Below are positions 47,810 through 61,326 of a DNA stretch of 64,000 bases, one piece after another. Position numbers and translations under genes: made by a program. The stretch spans positions 61,690,001 through 61,754,000 of the forward strand of contig NC_135818.1 in the NCBI RefSeq assembly GCF_964213995.1, in the 5' to 3' direction. The notes under the pieces are model-generated. The model was not told where the DNA came from and did no database searches. It worked only from the letters and a program-made list of their open reading frames with translations. Origin of the DNA: Mustelus asterias. Its lineage: Eukaryota. The first letter of the stretch is position 1; every line of letters starts with the position of its first letter.

Positions 47810-49378
47810 TCTAATAAATTGATTAAACATGATTTCCCATTCACAAAACTATGTTGACTCTTCCCAATTACCCTGAGTTTCTCTAAGTGCCCAATTATTA
47901 TGCCCTCAATGATCAATTCTAACACCTTCCCCAAGACAAATGTTTCCCCTTTTCTGTCTCCTTCACTTCTTGAATAGAGGGGTTATATTTGCTACTTTCC
48001 AATCTGATGTATTCTTTCCAGAACCTAGCTAGTTTTTGAAAATTAACACCCAGGGCACCTCCAACCTCATTAGGCATCTCTTTTAAGACACTAGGTTGAA
48101 GTTCTTCTGGATCCTGAGACTAGGCAGCCCACAGCTCCATCAGTTTGCTCTGTACTGCTTCCCTGGCTATTGTAGTTTCACCAAGTTCTTCTCTCCCTTC
48201 CACCCCTTAACTTATAGCTATTACAGGGATGTTTTTAGTATTCTCTATACTGAAGACACAAGCAAAATATCTGTTCATTTCATTCACCATTTCCTGATTA
48301 TCTGCTGTTAACTTCCCTCTCCCTTTTGCCACTCTCTAGAAACTAACACTCACTTTACCTACTTGTTTTCTTTTTATATACCTGTAAAAGCTCATCCATT
48401 TTTATATTTCTAGCTAGATTTCCCTCATACTTTCCTTTCTTTCTCCTCATTAACCTTCTAGTCATTCTCAGTCGCTCTTTATATTCTGACCAACCATCTG
48501 ATCTCATAGCGTCATAGAGGTTTACAGCATGGAAACAGGCCCTTCGGCCCAACTTGTCCATGCCACCCTTTTTTTTTAAAGCCCCTAAGCTAATCCCAAT
48601 TTCCCACATTTGGCCCATATCCCTCTATACCCATCGTACCCATGTAACTATCTAAATGCTTTTTAAAAGATAAAATTGTACCCGCCTCTACTACTACCTC
48701 TGGCAGCTTGTTCTAGACACTCACCACCCTCTGTGAGAAAAAATTGCCCCTCTGGACACTTTTGTATCTCTCCCCTCTCACCTTAAACCTATGCCCTCTA
48801 GTTTTAGACTCCCCTACCTTTGGGAAAAGATATTGACTATCTACCTTGTCTATGCCCCTCATTATTTTATAGACCTCTATAAGGTCACCCCTCAGCCTCC
48901 TACGCTCCAGAGAAAAAAGTCCCAGTCTATTCAGCCTCTCCTTATAACTTAATCCATCAAGTCCTGGTAGCATCCTAGTAAATCTCTTCTGCACTCTTTC
49001 TAGTTTAATAATATCCTTTCTATAATAGGGTGACCAGAATTGCACACAGTATTCCAAGTGTGGCCTTACCAATGTCTTGTACAACTTTAACAAGACGTCC
49101 CAACTCCTGTATTCAATGTTCTGACCGATGAAACCAAGCATGCCGAATGCCTTCTTCACCACTCTGTCCACCTGTGACTCCACTTTCAAGGAGCTATGAA
49201 CATGTACCCCTAGATCTCTTTGTTCTGTAACTCTCCCCAACGCCCTACCATTAACTGAATAAGTCCTGCCCTGGTTCAAGCTACCAAAAATCTGCCACAA
49301 ATCTTTGCGCAGTTATATGCTTTTTCCTTAAGTTTCTTTCCTTAACTTCTTTAGTTAACCACGGATTGTGGGTCCTCC
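47810..49378 (-). mobile_element. Old CR1 ORF2 fragment with a younger CR1 (~48504-49290) nested inside
   Basis: Young copy ORF 48713-49300: LYKTLVRPHLEYCVQFWSP..RRRLRGDLIEVYKIM; flanks encode KYEGNLARNIK. Confidence 0.9.
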
Positions 49379-49384
49379 CCTTAG

Positions 49385-49687
49385 GGCAGGTGGTGGCGTA
49401 GTGGTATTGTCACTGGACTAGTAATCCAGAGACTCAGGGTAACGTTCTGGAGATCCGAGCTTGAATCCCCCCACGGCAGATGGTGAAATTTGAATTCAAT
49501 TAAAAAAATCTGGGAAGGAAATCTGCCATCCACACCTGGTCTGGCCTACATGTGATTTGCAGACCCACAGCAATGTGGTTGACTCTGAAATGGCTTCGCA
49601 AACCACTCAGTTCAAGGGCAATTAGGGATGGGCAATAAATGCCCTCCCAACCAGTGATGCCCACATGCCCTCTACAAATAAACAAAA
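49385..49687 (+). mobile_element. SINE family B with an internal deletion
   Basis: 'ggtggcgtagtggtattgtcactggactagtaatccag'. Confidence 0.88.
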
Positions 49688-51429
49688 ATTGTACTCTGAG
49701 AGATCCTATGTATGCTTAGCTCTGTTTACTTCAGCCTATGCAAAAGCTTCATTTTAAGATATTTCTGCCTATGCAATTATATTTAAATGCTAGACTGTAG
49801 GGGTTAACTAACATTGTTAACTTTTAAACCTAAATTGACTACATTTTAAAACTCAGAAGGCATGCTGGGTTAGCTGAAAATTGACCGCGTTCCTGAAAAG
49901 TACACAGCAAGCAAAACAAGTTTTGATAACAATAGCTGCAAAGCCGGTTTTCTCTGGACAGAGACAGCTTGCGGAAAACATTTCCAGTAATGAGATATGA
50001 ATTAAGATACGTTTTGGTTTCAGTGTGTGTTCAGAGTTCAGTTTGTTTTCGAGTTCAGTGTGATCAGTACAGAGATGGCAGAAAAAGTCTGTCTCTCCAA
50101 CTTTCCTCTTTCTTTTCACTTCTGCAGTAATTTAATTTTCTCTAAATTCTGTTCAATAAAAGAAATTCATTGTACCAGTGCTGTCCCCGTCTATTCAAAG
50201 GAATGAATGGGCCCTGCATATTCCGACCTGAGGCGATGTAAGTCAAAGGGAGAATTTTCCTAACCCTGTGGAGCTGGGTTTGGAGATGGAGACTGGAATA
50301 AGAGGGGAAGCCATGCCTTCCTGATGTCTTTCTACCTCTGGACGAATATCCCAGGGGATGACTGAGAACAAACATCCCAACCTTCATGGAAGCTGGCAGC
50401 CACTGAACTAAATTAAGGGCCCACTTGTGGGGCAATTTTCTCAAAGCAAAATCAGATTCTGCCATTAGAGTGCCCTTGCCCCACCCAATGCTTTCACAAC
50501 ATGGACCAATCAGTCCAAAATCATCGGAGCCATCGGTGTGATTCATTCCATTTTTCGCGCCAGAACCAGCACTCTGCCAGATTCTGGTAAGGTTGTCCCC
50601 ACACGCTAATCTTGCTGTCATAGTTTCTGCAGTAGAGCACTCATTTTATGAAAATAATGTATCACTCCATTCCATGCATATATTCTCAAGGCAACACAGA
50701 TAAAACTTCCTTCAAGGCTCAAAACTAAAGGCACTGGAACAGATGAGCCAAGCCATGCAGATGAGCAAGATTCCACATTCAAGTGTTTACTGGATGACCT
50801 TAGCGGGGCTGGAAGCAAGCCTGCTATAATTAGGCTCATTACTCTTGGCTTAGTGAAGTGAAGGAAGAAATCATTCTGCTCTTGATTACTGTTCAGTGAC
50901 CTTTGCTGGAAAATGGATTGGACTTCGCTGTGAGATTCTCAATGGCTGAGTACAATGCTACCATCATACAGAAAATCATTGAGGACATCATCAAGTTCCT
51001 CACTGTTCCCACCACTCTCACCATCCCCAGTCGCCAGTCTCCCCCTCTCAGCTTCTTACTCACCACACCCGCATCCCAGCTGGCAGCCTCTCTCCCTCCA
51101 CCCCCCTCCCCCCCACCCCCAGCCTCCATTTCCTCTCTGATCTTCAGGCCACAGGCTGAGCAATGCGACTCACCATCCCACAGTTTGATGGTCCTTCAAT
51201 CACAGACTCTCCTGCATTTGCTCTGGGCTCACTAGACGTCGTAGGAGTAGCTTCTGAGGTTGATCTGTCCTGTGATGTCTGACTAATTCCGTGGAATTTT
51301 ACTAGTGTGAGATCTGCAACTGTTGGACATTTAGTTTCCATGATGTGGAACATCTGCAAAACCCAGGAGGATTGATTATATTTGCGGTCCTGCATATGGA
51401 ATTAGTGAGCCATTGTACACTGAAAGTTT

Positions 51430-52350
51430 CACAGTAGTAGTTTCCATCCTGGCCTTTCATGTCTATGGAAACATCTTTTAGAACTCGCAGAAGTTGTATG
51501 TTGGCATCTGCCTTGCGTCAACCTTGGCCAATAATAAATAGTTACTTTCTTAGGACGGATAAATTGAATCTTGGCAAACGTTTTGGATGGTTTGGCAGCA
51601 TCTGTGATTGACGGTGTGTTCTCCACTCTTTATCTTATTGACAAACCAGAAAATGACGATATATGCACAGGGCATATGTTTCTGATGGGATACCGGATGG
51701 TCATTCTTATTGCTTGAAAGTATCTGTTTTGTCTGGTCTGTTTGGATCAGTTCATGGCTCTTTGAAGCTGTATCAGCTTTCCTGCTGCCACTGTCAATGG
51801 CCCTTTCTCCCACATGCCTTGCAGAGTTGATGGAAAGCTAGGCATTTCCTTGACGAAGGTAGAAGGCCACACCTTCCACATCTCTTGCTATGTTTGTGTG
51901 TCCTAGTGAGTTTGTCAATAATTGAGGTTACATTGAAGCTTTGTCAAACTATGAGGATTGCATTGTATTTATACCCAACCTAGAGTAAGCTGTTCAATCC
52001 TAAACATTTCAGGCTTGTCTACCAGATCTCTCTGGAATGCTTTCACGGGAGTGGATACGATCATCAACTCACCAATTCTGCCTGGCATCTTTGTGTTTGA
52101 AAACTCAAAGTGCATAACCCTTTCTCTGCACCTGCTGGTGATGTAGCCTGTGGTTCAATAGACTGTTGTTGAAATACAGAAGTTTAAACTGATTCTGAAC
52201 CAGTCTTCCAATGTCATCCACATCTTTTGGGGATCCTTTAGCTCTTCTTCTGCTGATCCTGACATGTTCTGCCAATGTCCACCTTCTCTCCAGATTGACA
52301 GATGATGTTTTATGGCTTGCTTGTCTGGTTCAGACACACCCTGAATCAAG
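51430..52350 (-). mobile_element. Gypsy gag remnant
   Basis: KDPQKMWMTLEDWFRISLNF..RIGELMIVSTPVKAFQRDL; decayed CCHC region. Confidence 0.65.
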
Positions 52351-52356
52351 AAATCA

Positions 52357-52480
52357 TGGGGGGAGGTTTCCCATTCCGCCCGCCATGAAAATCATAGCGG
52401 TGGTGGACCATGCATAGGTCCATTGACCTCGGGTGGGAGTTTCCGGTTTTGGAGTGAGCACGGCCAGAAAATCCCATCCC
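52357..52480. mobile_element. MITE (family of 9204)
   Basis: 'ccattgacctcgggtgggagtttccgg...gaaaatcccatccc'. Confidence 0.7.
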
Positions 52481-52809
52481 ATGACCCCGTACACATTTTG
52501 AATACGGATAGTAGGTTAGCTGCACCCCAGTTCAAACTGGGGAATTTTGTGGACATTCTGACAATGTCCTATGAACCTTTTTTCCTCTGTAGTCTCTGGG
52601 ATAAGTGTCGCTGTAGCTGCTTTCATGCGCGTTTCTGAAGCTCTGCCCACAAAGACAGGTTGTGGGATGAATGGGCCATGGATTAACAGCATCTTTGCTT
52701 TTTATTAAATTTATAGTTCAGCAGCTCCCAGAGCTGCCCATTATCATCACAACCTTCTCTGGCCTGACTGATGATTTTCTTTAGTTTGACTCTCCCTTGC
52801 TCACTGTTC

Positions 52810-53140
52810 ATAGAAAATCATAGAAACCCTACAGTGCGGAAGGAGGCCATTCGGCCCATCGAGTCTGCACCGACCACAATCCCACCCAGGCCCTATCCCC
52901 ACATATTTACTTGCTAATCCCTCTAACCTACGCATCTCAGGACTCTAAGGGGCAATTTTTAACCTGGCCAATCAACCTAACCCGCACATCTTTGGACTGT
53001 GGGAGGAAACCGGAGCACCCGGAGGAAACCCACGGAGACATGAGGAGAATGTGCAAACTCCACACAGACAGTGACCCGAGCCGGGAATCGAACCCAGGAC
53101 CCTGGAGCTGTGAAGCAGCAGTGCTAACCACTGTGCTACC
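52810..53140 (-). mobile_element. HE1 SINE
   Basis: Full length. Confidence 0.95.
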
Positions 53141-53384
53141 GTTGATCCAGCCCTCACCCTGGTCACTTACCTCTTCCGACTGAGCTAACCTGGTGCTGTT
53201 CCTTTCAATGGGCTGTCCCTCTCACTGAACTGACAGCCCATACACTGCCATCTTGCCACAAGGGTTCCATCTGCTAAGCAGCTCTTTATTTGAGAACTAT
53301 CTCAACGCTCTGCCTCCAATGCTTTTCCTTGCAATCGGCATGCTGCACTTTCAATACTCTCCAACACGGCACCTTTGATACAGT

Positions 53385-54042
53385 CTGAATGGTCGAGAAC
53401 TTCAAGTTTCTTGGTGTTCAGATCACCACCAACCTGTCCTGGTCCCTCCACACCGATGCCATTGTTAAGAAAGCCCATGAACGCCTCTACTTTCTCAGAA
53501 GGCGAAGGAAATTCAGCATGTCCGCTACGGCTCCCACCAATTTTGCACCATAAAAAGCATCCTTTCCGGATGTATCGCAGTTTGGTATGGCTCCTGTTCT
53601 GACTAAGACCGCAATTAGCTACAGAGAGTTGTGAACATAGCCCTGTCCATCACGCAAACCAGCCTCCCATCCATTGACTCTATCTATACTTCCCACTGCC
53701 TCGGAAAAGCAACCAGCATAATCAAGGACTCCACGCACCCCGGACATACTCTCTTCCACCTTCTTCCATCGGGAAAAAGATATAAAAGTCTGAAAACACA
53801 TACCAACCGACTCAAGAACAGCTTCTTCCCTGCTGCCATCAGACGTTAGAATGGTCTTCTCCCATATTAAGCTGACCTTTCTCTTCACCCTATCTGTAAC
53901 TGTAACACTATATTCTGCACTCTCTCCTTTCCTTCTCCCCTATGTACTCTATGAACGGTATGCTTTGTCTGTATAGCTCTCCAGAAACAATGCTTTCCAT
54001 TGTATACCAATACATGTGACAATAATAAATCAATTCAGTTCA
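53385..54042 (+). mobile_element. Rex1/Babar-type LINE 3' fragment
   Basis: ITQTSLPSIDSIYTSHCLGKATSIIKDSTHPGH..LPSGKRY..RLKNSFFP. Confidence 0.9.
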
Positions 54043-54394
54043 AAACAGTGAAGGTTGCCTCATGCCATATGACATGTTCAAGGCTATTCATCATGCACTT
54101 AATCTTACTGCTACCTGTATTACCAGCACTGGCCACCATGTCATGTTATTGTAATCATATAAAACTTTGGGCTTATTTATTGTACAAGATACAAGGCACC
54201 AATCTCTCATAAGGGATTGGCTAAACCCGTTGTTGGTTCATTTATTAAGATTAGGTACATGAGAACAATTATACATTGGTATAAAGATTGAAGGCATCAG
54301 AGCTGTGCTGTGCTCTAAGCAAAACTAGGACTGGATCACATGACACATTTCCTTTCTAGTGATGTCACACTGATGGCCCTTAAAGGTATATTAC

Positions 54395-54788
54395 AACAAA
54401 GAACAAAGAACAATACAGCACAGGAACAGGCCCTTAGGCCCTCCAAGCCCGCGCCGCTCCCTGGTCCAAACTAGACCATTCTTTTGTACCCCTCCATTCC
54501 CACTCCATTCATGTGGCTATCTAGATAAGTCTTAAACGTTCCCAGTGTGTCTGCCTCCACCACCTTGCCCGGCAGCGCATTCCAGGCCCCCACCACCCTC
54601 TGTGTAAAATACGTCCTTCTGATATCAGTGTTAAACCTCCCCCCCCTCACCTTGAACCTATGACCCCTCGTGAACGTCACCACCGACCTGGGAAAAAGCT
54701 TCCCACCGTTCACCCTATCTATGCCTTTCATAATTTTATACACCTCTATTAGGTCACCCCTCACCCTCTGTCTTTCCAGTGAGAACAG
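54395..54788 (-). mobile_element. Young CR1 3' fragment (subfamily of 37402)
   Basis: ..RVRGDLIEVYKIMKGIDRVNGGKLFPRS..GYKRMV*. Confidence 0.93.
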
Positions 54789-55309
54789 GATGTGCGAGAT
54801 TTTCTTCATGTTGGAGTATTTGGCAGAATAAAGGCTCTCTGATGCTTTCGCAACATGGATTATTCTCCTTGCGTAATAAAGAATATCAATAATAATTCAC
54901 ACATTGCTTAACAATCAGCCTCTAACAATTGTACAAAAGGATGGATAGGTTGAAAAGACATTGATCAAAACCTGGCAGTGACACAAACATGCCATAAACT
55001 ATACATATATTCCATCAATGTTATCAATAAAACCCAGAATTCAAACGCAAGGGATATATTTCTTTGGTTATGAGTAAAGATTATGTGTTCCTTTCTATTT
55101 TAACGAGGTTCAGAGAAACTTAACAACTCAAATTGCAGTGCCAGAGGGTTACTGATCCCACCATCTCATCCCCCTGAGCTGTATAACTCTTGCTCTGCTT
55201 ACAGTGTAATCATTACCTTCCATTAAAAAAGCTTAAAGTGAACTCAATTAATTTCAGCTTGCATAAGTTGTCTTGGCTGCCAGATACAGAAAATCGATAA
55301 ATTATGTTA

Positions 55310-56430
55310 TAGAATGATAGGACTTTACAGCACAGGGTCGGATTCAGCCCACCAGGTCTCTGAAGGATCCTTGCAGAAGCAGTTTGAACACTTAGCCCAC
55401 CATTCTGTTCCCTATTCCTAGCTTTTAACTTCCTCAACTTCAATTGTTTATCCAGTTTTCCCTTCAAAAATGTAACAATCTCTATCTCATATATTCCATG
55501 TGGAATTCTTTGCTTCAACAACCCTCTGCTTAAACTCTTTCTCGTGCCTCTCTTTTCTTCTTAGTGACACTTTTAAACTCCTAATAGACTCTGAACAACA
55601 GGACCAATCTAACCCTATTCACTCTATCAAAGACCTTCGTAATTTTGAAAATATGCGCTAAATCTCCTCTTAGGCTATTCTTCTCTGGTGGAAATAATTC
55701 CGTTATCTCAAGTACCTGTATAAGATTTTCGTGCTCTTTTCATAATGGAGTGCTCAAAGTTGCACTAACTGTAGCCTGATTATTGCTGAATACACATTTT
55801 TCATTCAATTCATCACTCTGGTGTGCTATCCTCCCATTTATAAAACCCAACATGACCTATCTATCTGCATTTGCATCTTGTAGGAAAAATGTGTTGAAAC
55901 TCCTTGAGCATCCCAGTTCATCCATATGCATTAGTTTCATCCCATTCAATGTATACTCTCATTCATTGCTTTTTAATGCCAAAATGTTTTACCTCATTCT
56001 CCACATTAAGTTGCTTCTCCCACCTGTCTGCCCATTCCAAAAACCCACTGATGTCCTCCTGAAATCATGTATCGCTCTTCTTACCTTTTGCTAAACCACT
56101 CACTTTCATATGTGATCTGCATATTTCATGATGCGCTCCACATTTCTCAATCATCTCTATACATTGAGTGTAACACTGGACCCAGCACTGACCCCTGTGG
56201 TTTAACCACTTCAATCCAAGCCAAGGGCAATAATCAGAAATGTCTGTTACATGTCCACCCACTTTTCTCCAAGCTGCCGCATTTCCTTGTAAATCTGATG
56301 TTTTCAACAACTCCCTAGTGAGATACTTCATCAAAAACCTTTCAAAGAATGTGTGTAAACCACGTCTTTTGCACTCCTTTCATTGAGCGAAATGTCACTT
56401 CCTTCAAGAAGTTTATAAAGTTTTTGAAAG
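55310..56430 (-). mobile_element. Very old CR1 fragment
   Basis: 'ggacccagcactgacccctgtgg' (PQGSVLGP motif on - strand); heavily decayed. Confidence 0.55.
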
Positions 56431-56481
56431 GTGATTTACGTTTCACAAAGTGGTGTTGAAAGTCCTCAATTAACGCATGCA

Positions 56482-56820
56482 TTTTTAAAAATTCATTTGT
56501 GGAACATGGGTGTCACTGGCTGGGCCAGCATTTATTGCCCATCCCTTGTTGCCCTTGGAGAGCAGTTGAGAGTTAACCACATTGCTGTGGCTCTGGAGTC
56601 ACATGTAGGCCAGACCAGGTAAGGACGGCAGATTTCCTTTCCTACAGGACATCAGTGAACTAAATGGGTTTTTCCGACAATTGTTTCATGGACATCAGTA
56701 GATTCCAGATATTATTAATTGAATTCAAATTCCATCATCTGCTGTGGCGGGTTTCGAACCCGGATCCCCAGAGCGTTAGCTAAGTTTCTGGATTATAGTC
56801 CAGCAATAATACCACCAGCC
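56482..56820 (-). mobile_element. SINE family B
   Basis: Reverse complement of the 32477-type element. Confidence 0.88.
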
Positions 56821-57389
56821 TTTTCTAAATGCTTGTTCAGTTATTTTGAAGTATGGATTTTTGCGATAAACATTTGTCTTGGGATTAAACACTAGGCAGG
56901 GTGTGTAACTCTCAGCCAACACAATACATGCCTGTCCTAGATAAATTTATACCCTATGAGTTTGGCCTCAACTGATGTTAGACAAATTGATCGATATTCA
57001 TCCACTTCATCCCTCTGCACTTTCCTGAACAGAGGCACTAGATTGCTTATTCTCCTTTCGCACAGAACAATTTGCATTTCTAAGGAGAAGTTAAAAATCG
57101 TGGTTAGAATCTGTTTTTTAGTTTCTTTCATTGCTGATGCTGTGTGCCAATAGTGACCAGTGATTTATTCACCATGAGTTTTGTATTTTCTAGATATCAA
57201 TTATTTTACAATTAGCTTTATCACTATTTTCCTCATCTGGAGCAGCTAGGTCATTTGTAAAAACTAGCTTAAAATATTCATCATTCAAGTAAATTTACTC
57301 TTTGCTAGTCTTGTATTTATGATGGTGCTTTACACTTTAGTGCTTTACTCACCCCTCCATCCTTGCCGATCGCTGCTCCATCCCCATCT

Positions 57390-57830
57390 TCTTCCACCAG
57401 CCCAAATTCCTTGATCCTCTCCCAAATCTGTTCCCGACTTTCCGAGAACTTTTATGTTTGAATTCCACAAATCAGGTTTCTCACACTACAAAATAGCATT
57501 TACCCAAGTCATGAATGACACGCTATATGACTGTAACTTAGTTAAATGCTCACCCCTTGTCCTTCATGAGCTGTCTGCCATCTTTCACTTAGTTGACCAC
57601 ACACTCGCATCCTCCTCCAATGACTCTCCACCATGTCCATCTGGATGGTACTCACCTGGCTCCATTCTTACCTAATCCAGTCTTTGGCTTCCTTCTATTT
57701 CTCATCCATCTCCTGTCCCCTGGCGACATCATCTGAAAACACAGCATCGGTTTACCCAAGTACAACCAGTTCTGCCTCCCCACCACCTCTCTCAGCCCTT
57801 CCATTCTTCCTGCCGTTAATTGTATGTTAA
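57390..57830 (+). mobile_element. L2 LINE RT remnant
   Basis: KSGFSHYKIAFTQVMNDTLYDC..LVLHELSAIFHLVDH. Confidence 0.6.
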
Positions 57831-58417
57831 TTGTGTACAAGTGCTGGGCATTATCTGAGGATTCATTTAGCCCCTTAATGAAGGATCAGACTGAAACAGT
57901 GAGGGGATGCATGTTTGTGACCTGATTCTCTGTAAATTAATTCTTCTAAATGGGTATGAAGATTGGCCGTAGTGCTATCCTTCACCAGTTAGATTTCTGG
58001 GATGTAATATGGTAGCTGGCTATCTAAAAATGAAGTGTGAAGGTTAGAAAAGAAATCATGCGTAAAGCTACAAACTTAGTCGTCATTGTGGAAAATGGCG
58101 GAATCTGAGTGTAAATCATTAATCTATGATTATCCTCTAATATTCTTGGAAGGCTATAGAGGGAGCTCTTATACATAAAATTCAACTTCATTCATCTAAT
58201 TCAATCCAGATGAAGCTGATTCTGTTCGTTTAGTTGAGATTGTTTGGAAGAAAACAGTTGCTGTATTATGTAGAATATTTTTGTATTGTGAAGAACCATT
58301 GAAGTATTATGACATAAATTTGTTATGTTAGATCTGATGAGCAACCACCAGTATGGAAGTATTGGAAATTATCTGAGGTGACTGTAGCTTTGAACACAAA
58401 CCTTTGATATAAATATA

Positions 58418-59575
58418 TCTTCTTCTTCTTAGGCAGTGCTGCGGGCTTGTGGATCACTTGCTCTCCAGTTCAATGAGTTCCGAGGTGGTTGGTAAGTCCA
58501 GTACGTGACCCTGCCACATGCAGGTCAGGTGGTGCTTGAAAGATTGGGTTAATGGATTGTTGTGTCCTCCCTCTAATGCATTGGCTTCACCTCTGCACGT
58601 TCCTGATGTAATACGGGATGTTACGGCCTCACTCCAGCTGGCCAACATTTATTGTCCATCCCTAGTTGCCCGAAGGCAGTTGAGAGTCAATCACACATTG
58701 GGTAATCACACATTGCTGTGGTTCTGGAGTCACACTCAGGCCTGACCGGGTAAGGACGGCAGATTTCCTTCCCTAAAGGACATTAGTGAACCAGATGGGT
58801 TTTTCCGACAATCGACAATGGTTGAATGGTCATCAGTAGATTTTTAATTCCAGATTTTTAAAAAATTGAATTCAAATTCCACCATCTGCTGTGGCAGGAT
58901 TTGAACCCAGGTCCCCAGAACATTATCTGAGTTTCTGGATTAATAGTCTAGTGATTATGCCACTAGGCCATCGCTTCCCCTTTGGTGCCTTCCCTGACAA
59001 ACCTTCCCTAATCACAAGCCAGGGACATCCATGAGTAAGCCAGGATGTTTGACCTCTTTGGGGATGCTTTGAGATCACCTTTGAAGTGTTTCCTCCATCT
59101 TGCTGGGAGTCTCCTGCCATAGCCGAGTTCCGAGTAGAGCAGTTGCTTCGGGAGTCTGGTGTCAGACATCAAAACTAACATATTCCAACGAGCAGAGCTG
59201 GTTTTGAGTGACTAACCACTGGATGCTGAGCAAGTTGGCTTGTGAGAGGAGGTTGCTTTTGGACCATGTTCTTGCCACTGGATTTGGAGGATTGGCAAAG
59301 ACTGCTCTGATGGTACTTCCCCAGTGCTTTGAGGTGACTGCTGTAGGTTGTCCAGGACTCTGATGCATGTATACTTGGTAATCACTGCAGCAAACCATGA
59401 CCTTAGGCTCAGGTTTGAGATCCTTGTCCTCAAATATTCATTGATTGAAATCAATGGCGAGATCCCGGGAAATGTGAGCCATTTTCCGTATCATGGGAGC
59501 CTCCTGTGGACAAAGGCAGATGGTGATGATGAACTTCATCAGCACCTCCAATGTTCCACTTCAGCCTTGAGCCAG
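58418..59575 (-). mobile_element. RTE-clade LINE 3' fragment with inverted 5' segment (~59440-59575)
   Basis: (AAG)n tail at 58418; - strand FEDKDLKP..SDTRLPKQLLYSEL; + strand INGEIPGNVSHFPYHGSLL..ADGDDELHQHLQCSTSA. Confidence 0.7.
58635..58975 (-). mobile_element. SINE family B inserted in an RTE
   Basis: Full head and tail on - strand. Confidence 0.88.
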
Positions 59576-61200
59576 CAGCTTTACACTGGCGACCTCCCTT
59601 TGTGCTTGGGGTGAGAGTGTAGAGGCTGTCACATCACTTCTTGCTATTTCAGGCATGCACCTAACCATGGAGTAGCCTTAATCTCATGCAGTTGTGAAGC
59701 AAATTAGTTTTAAATGAATTCCTGTATCTTTTAAAACCCAGTACTCAAACCTTACATATCATTGCTATCAATAATAGATCACTTTACATTTAGCATGAAA
59801 TAGATGATTCCCTGGTGGAGCTGTAAAGGTAGGTAAGACTGGTTCAAATTTGATGCGAGTGAATAAAAGCATTAGTCACTGAAAAATAATTTTCACCCAG
59901 CGAAGTTTCAGCTTGAAATTCAGGACACAGTGGCCGGAATTCTCCAGCCGTTCACGCCCCAGCGCCGCTGCCAGCGAGGATGGCGAGTTTGGAGCTCAGC
60001 CAAATCTTCATTCCCTGCAGTGGGATGGGAGAATCGCGGCCGCAGGCAAGGTCGGAGAATCCTGTCCAAAATTTATTGTTGGAGAATTTTAGCGGAGGGG
60101 ATAATAATTTTCTTTATGTGGTGATACACAAATGGCGGGATTTTCCAGTCCTTCCTGTCGTTGGGACCTTCCGGTCCTGCTGAAGGTGATGCCTGCCCCC
60201 CCCAACTGTGGCGGGTTGGATGAGCCATCTGCAGAACTGGGAGATCCCATTGGTGGTCAAGGGTGAGCCGCCTCTGCTGCCGGAAAGTACGTCGCGGGGA
60301 GACTGGAAAATGCCACGCCTAGTTAATCTGTGATGCCAATTTCAGACTTCGGTTTGAGCTTCAATAGATCTTTCTTGTGTTTATGTATTTTCAGTCCATC
60401 TGCCCAATGATAAAACAGCTTAATTTGTCTTTTGCAAATGTACAGGCGAGGGGAAATGTCATTTCCTGGCTGAGTTGTGCTTTTATTTTATAAACATAAG
60501 TTTTGTGGGTAAAATCCCTTTAGAACTTCACCAGAATTGTAGGATGACAAGACAGTGAGTATTTGAGTATTGTTCTCCGTGCCCGTGCAAAACCCATAAA
60601 CCTATCTGTGAATTGACACATGTGTATTGGACCACCATTCTAAACATCTTTCTTTTCATCTTAAATCCTGAGTGGCTGCTGTTGTTTTTATTTGGATCTC
60701 TGTCAGTATCCAGTAGCTTCAGCCATACATGGTCAGATTCAGAAATGTGAAGCAACAAACAAGTGGATCTTAACACAAAGATAAGAACATTCCGATCTCC
60801 TCCAGCTTGTAAAGATTACAACTCCCTTCTACTTTCTGAACTTGCATCAACGTATCCCTGGCTCACGTCAACTCCCTTCAGCTGAAAAAATATTTAAGCA
60901 AACAGTTCACCATCTTTCTAATTTAACATAAATCTCCTCCCAGCTTCCTAAAATTGAATGGAATGGAAAATTGTTTTGGTTGCTTCATGTTATGAAGCAA
61001 AATTGCACACTTCGGGCTGGAAATCTGTCTCGGGACTGAGATAAAGTGGGTGATATTGGATTGGTCGCCATTTTGCACTTCCTGATCTTGTTGATGGGTT
61101 TGTCCATTCGATTGATGGACTTCTTCTTGTAGACGATACAAGTATGCTTCTGTTCCTTCTCACTGTCCCATTTTCTGTCTGTACACGATCGCAGAAGCAA

Positions 61201-61326
61201 GGGTGAATTTTACCCTCCCACTCGCCACGGGAATCGGAGCAGGCGAGAGACGGACCATGGAAATGTCCATTGACCTCGGGCGGGATTTTCCGGTTTCGGA
61301 GTGAGCGAGGCTGAAAATTCCTGCCC
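61201..61326. mobile_element. MITE (family of 9204)
   Basis: 'gggtgaattttacc...ccattgacctcgggcgggattttccgg...gaaaattcctgccc'. Confidence 0.75.

Noticed and set aside
50903-51235. 110-aa ORF with protein-like N-terminus
   Set aside because: No clear donor site, runs into C-rich low-complexity sequence, no recognisable motif
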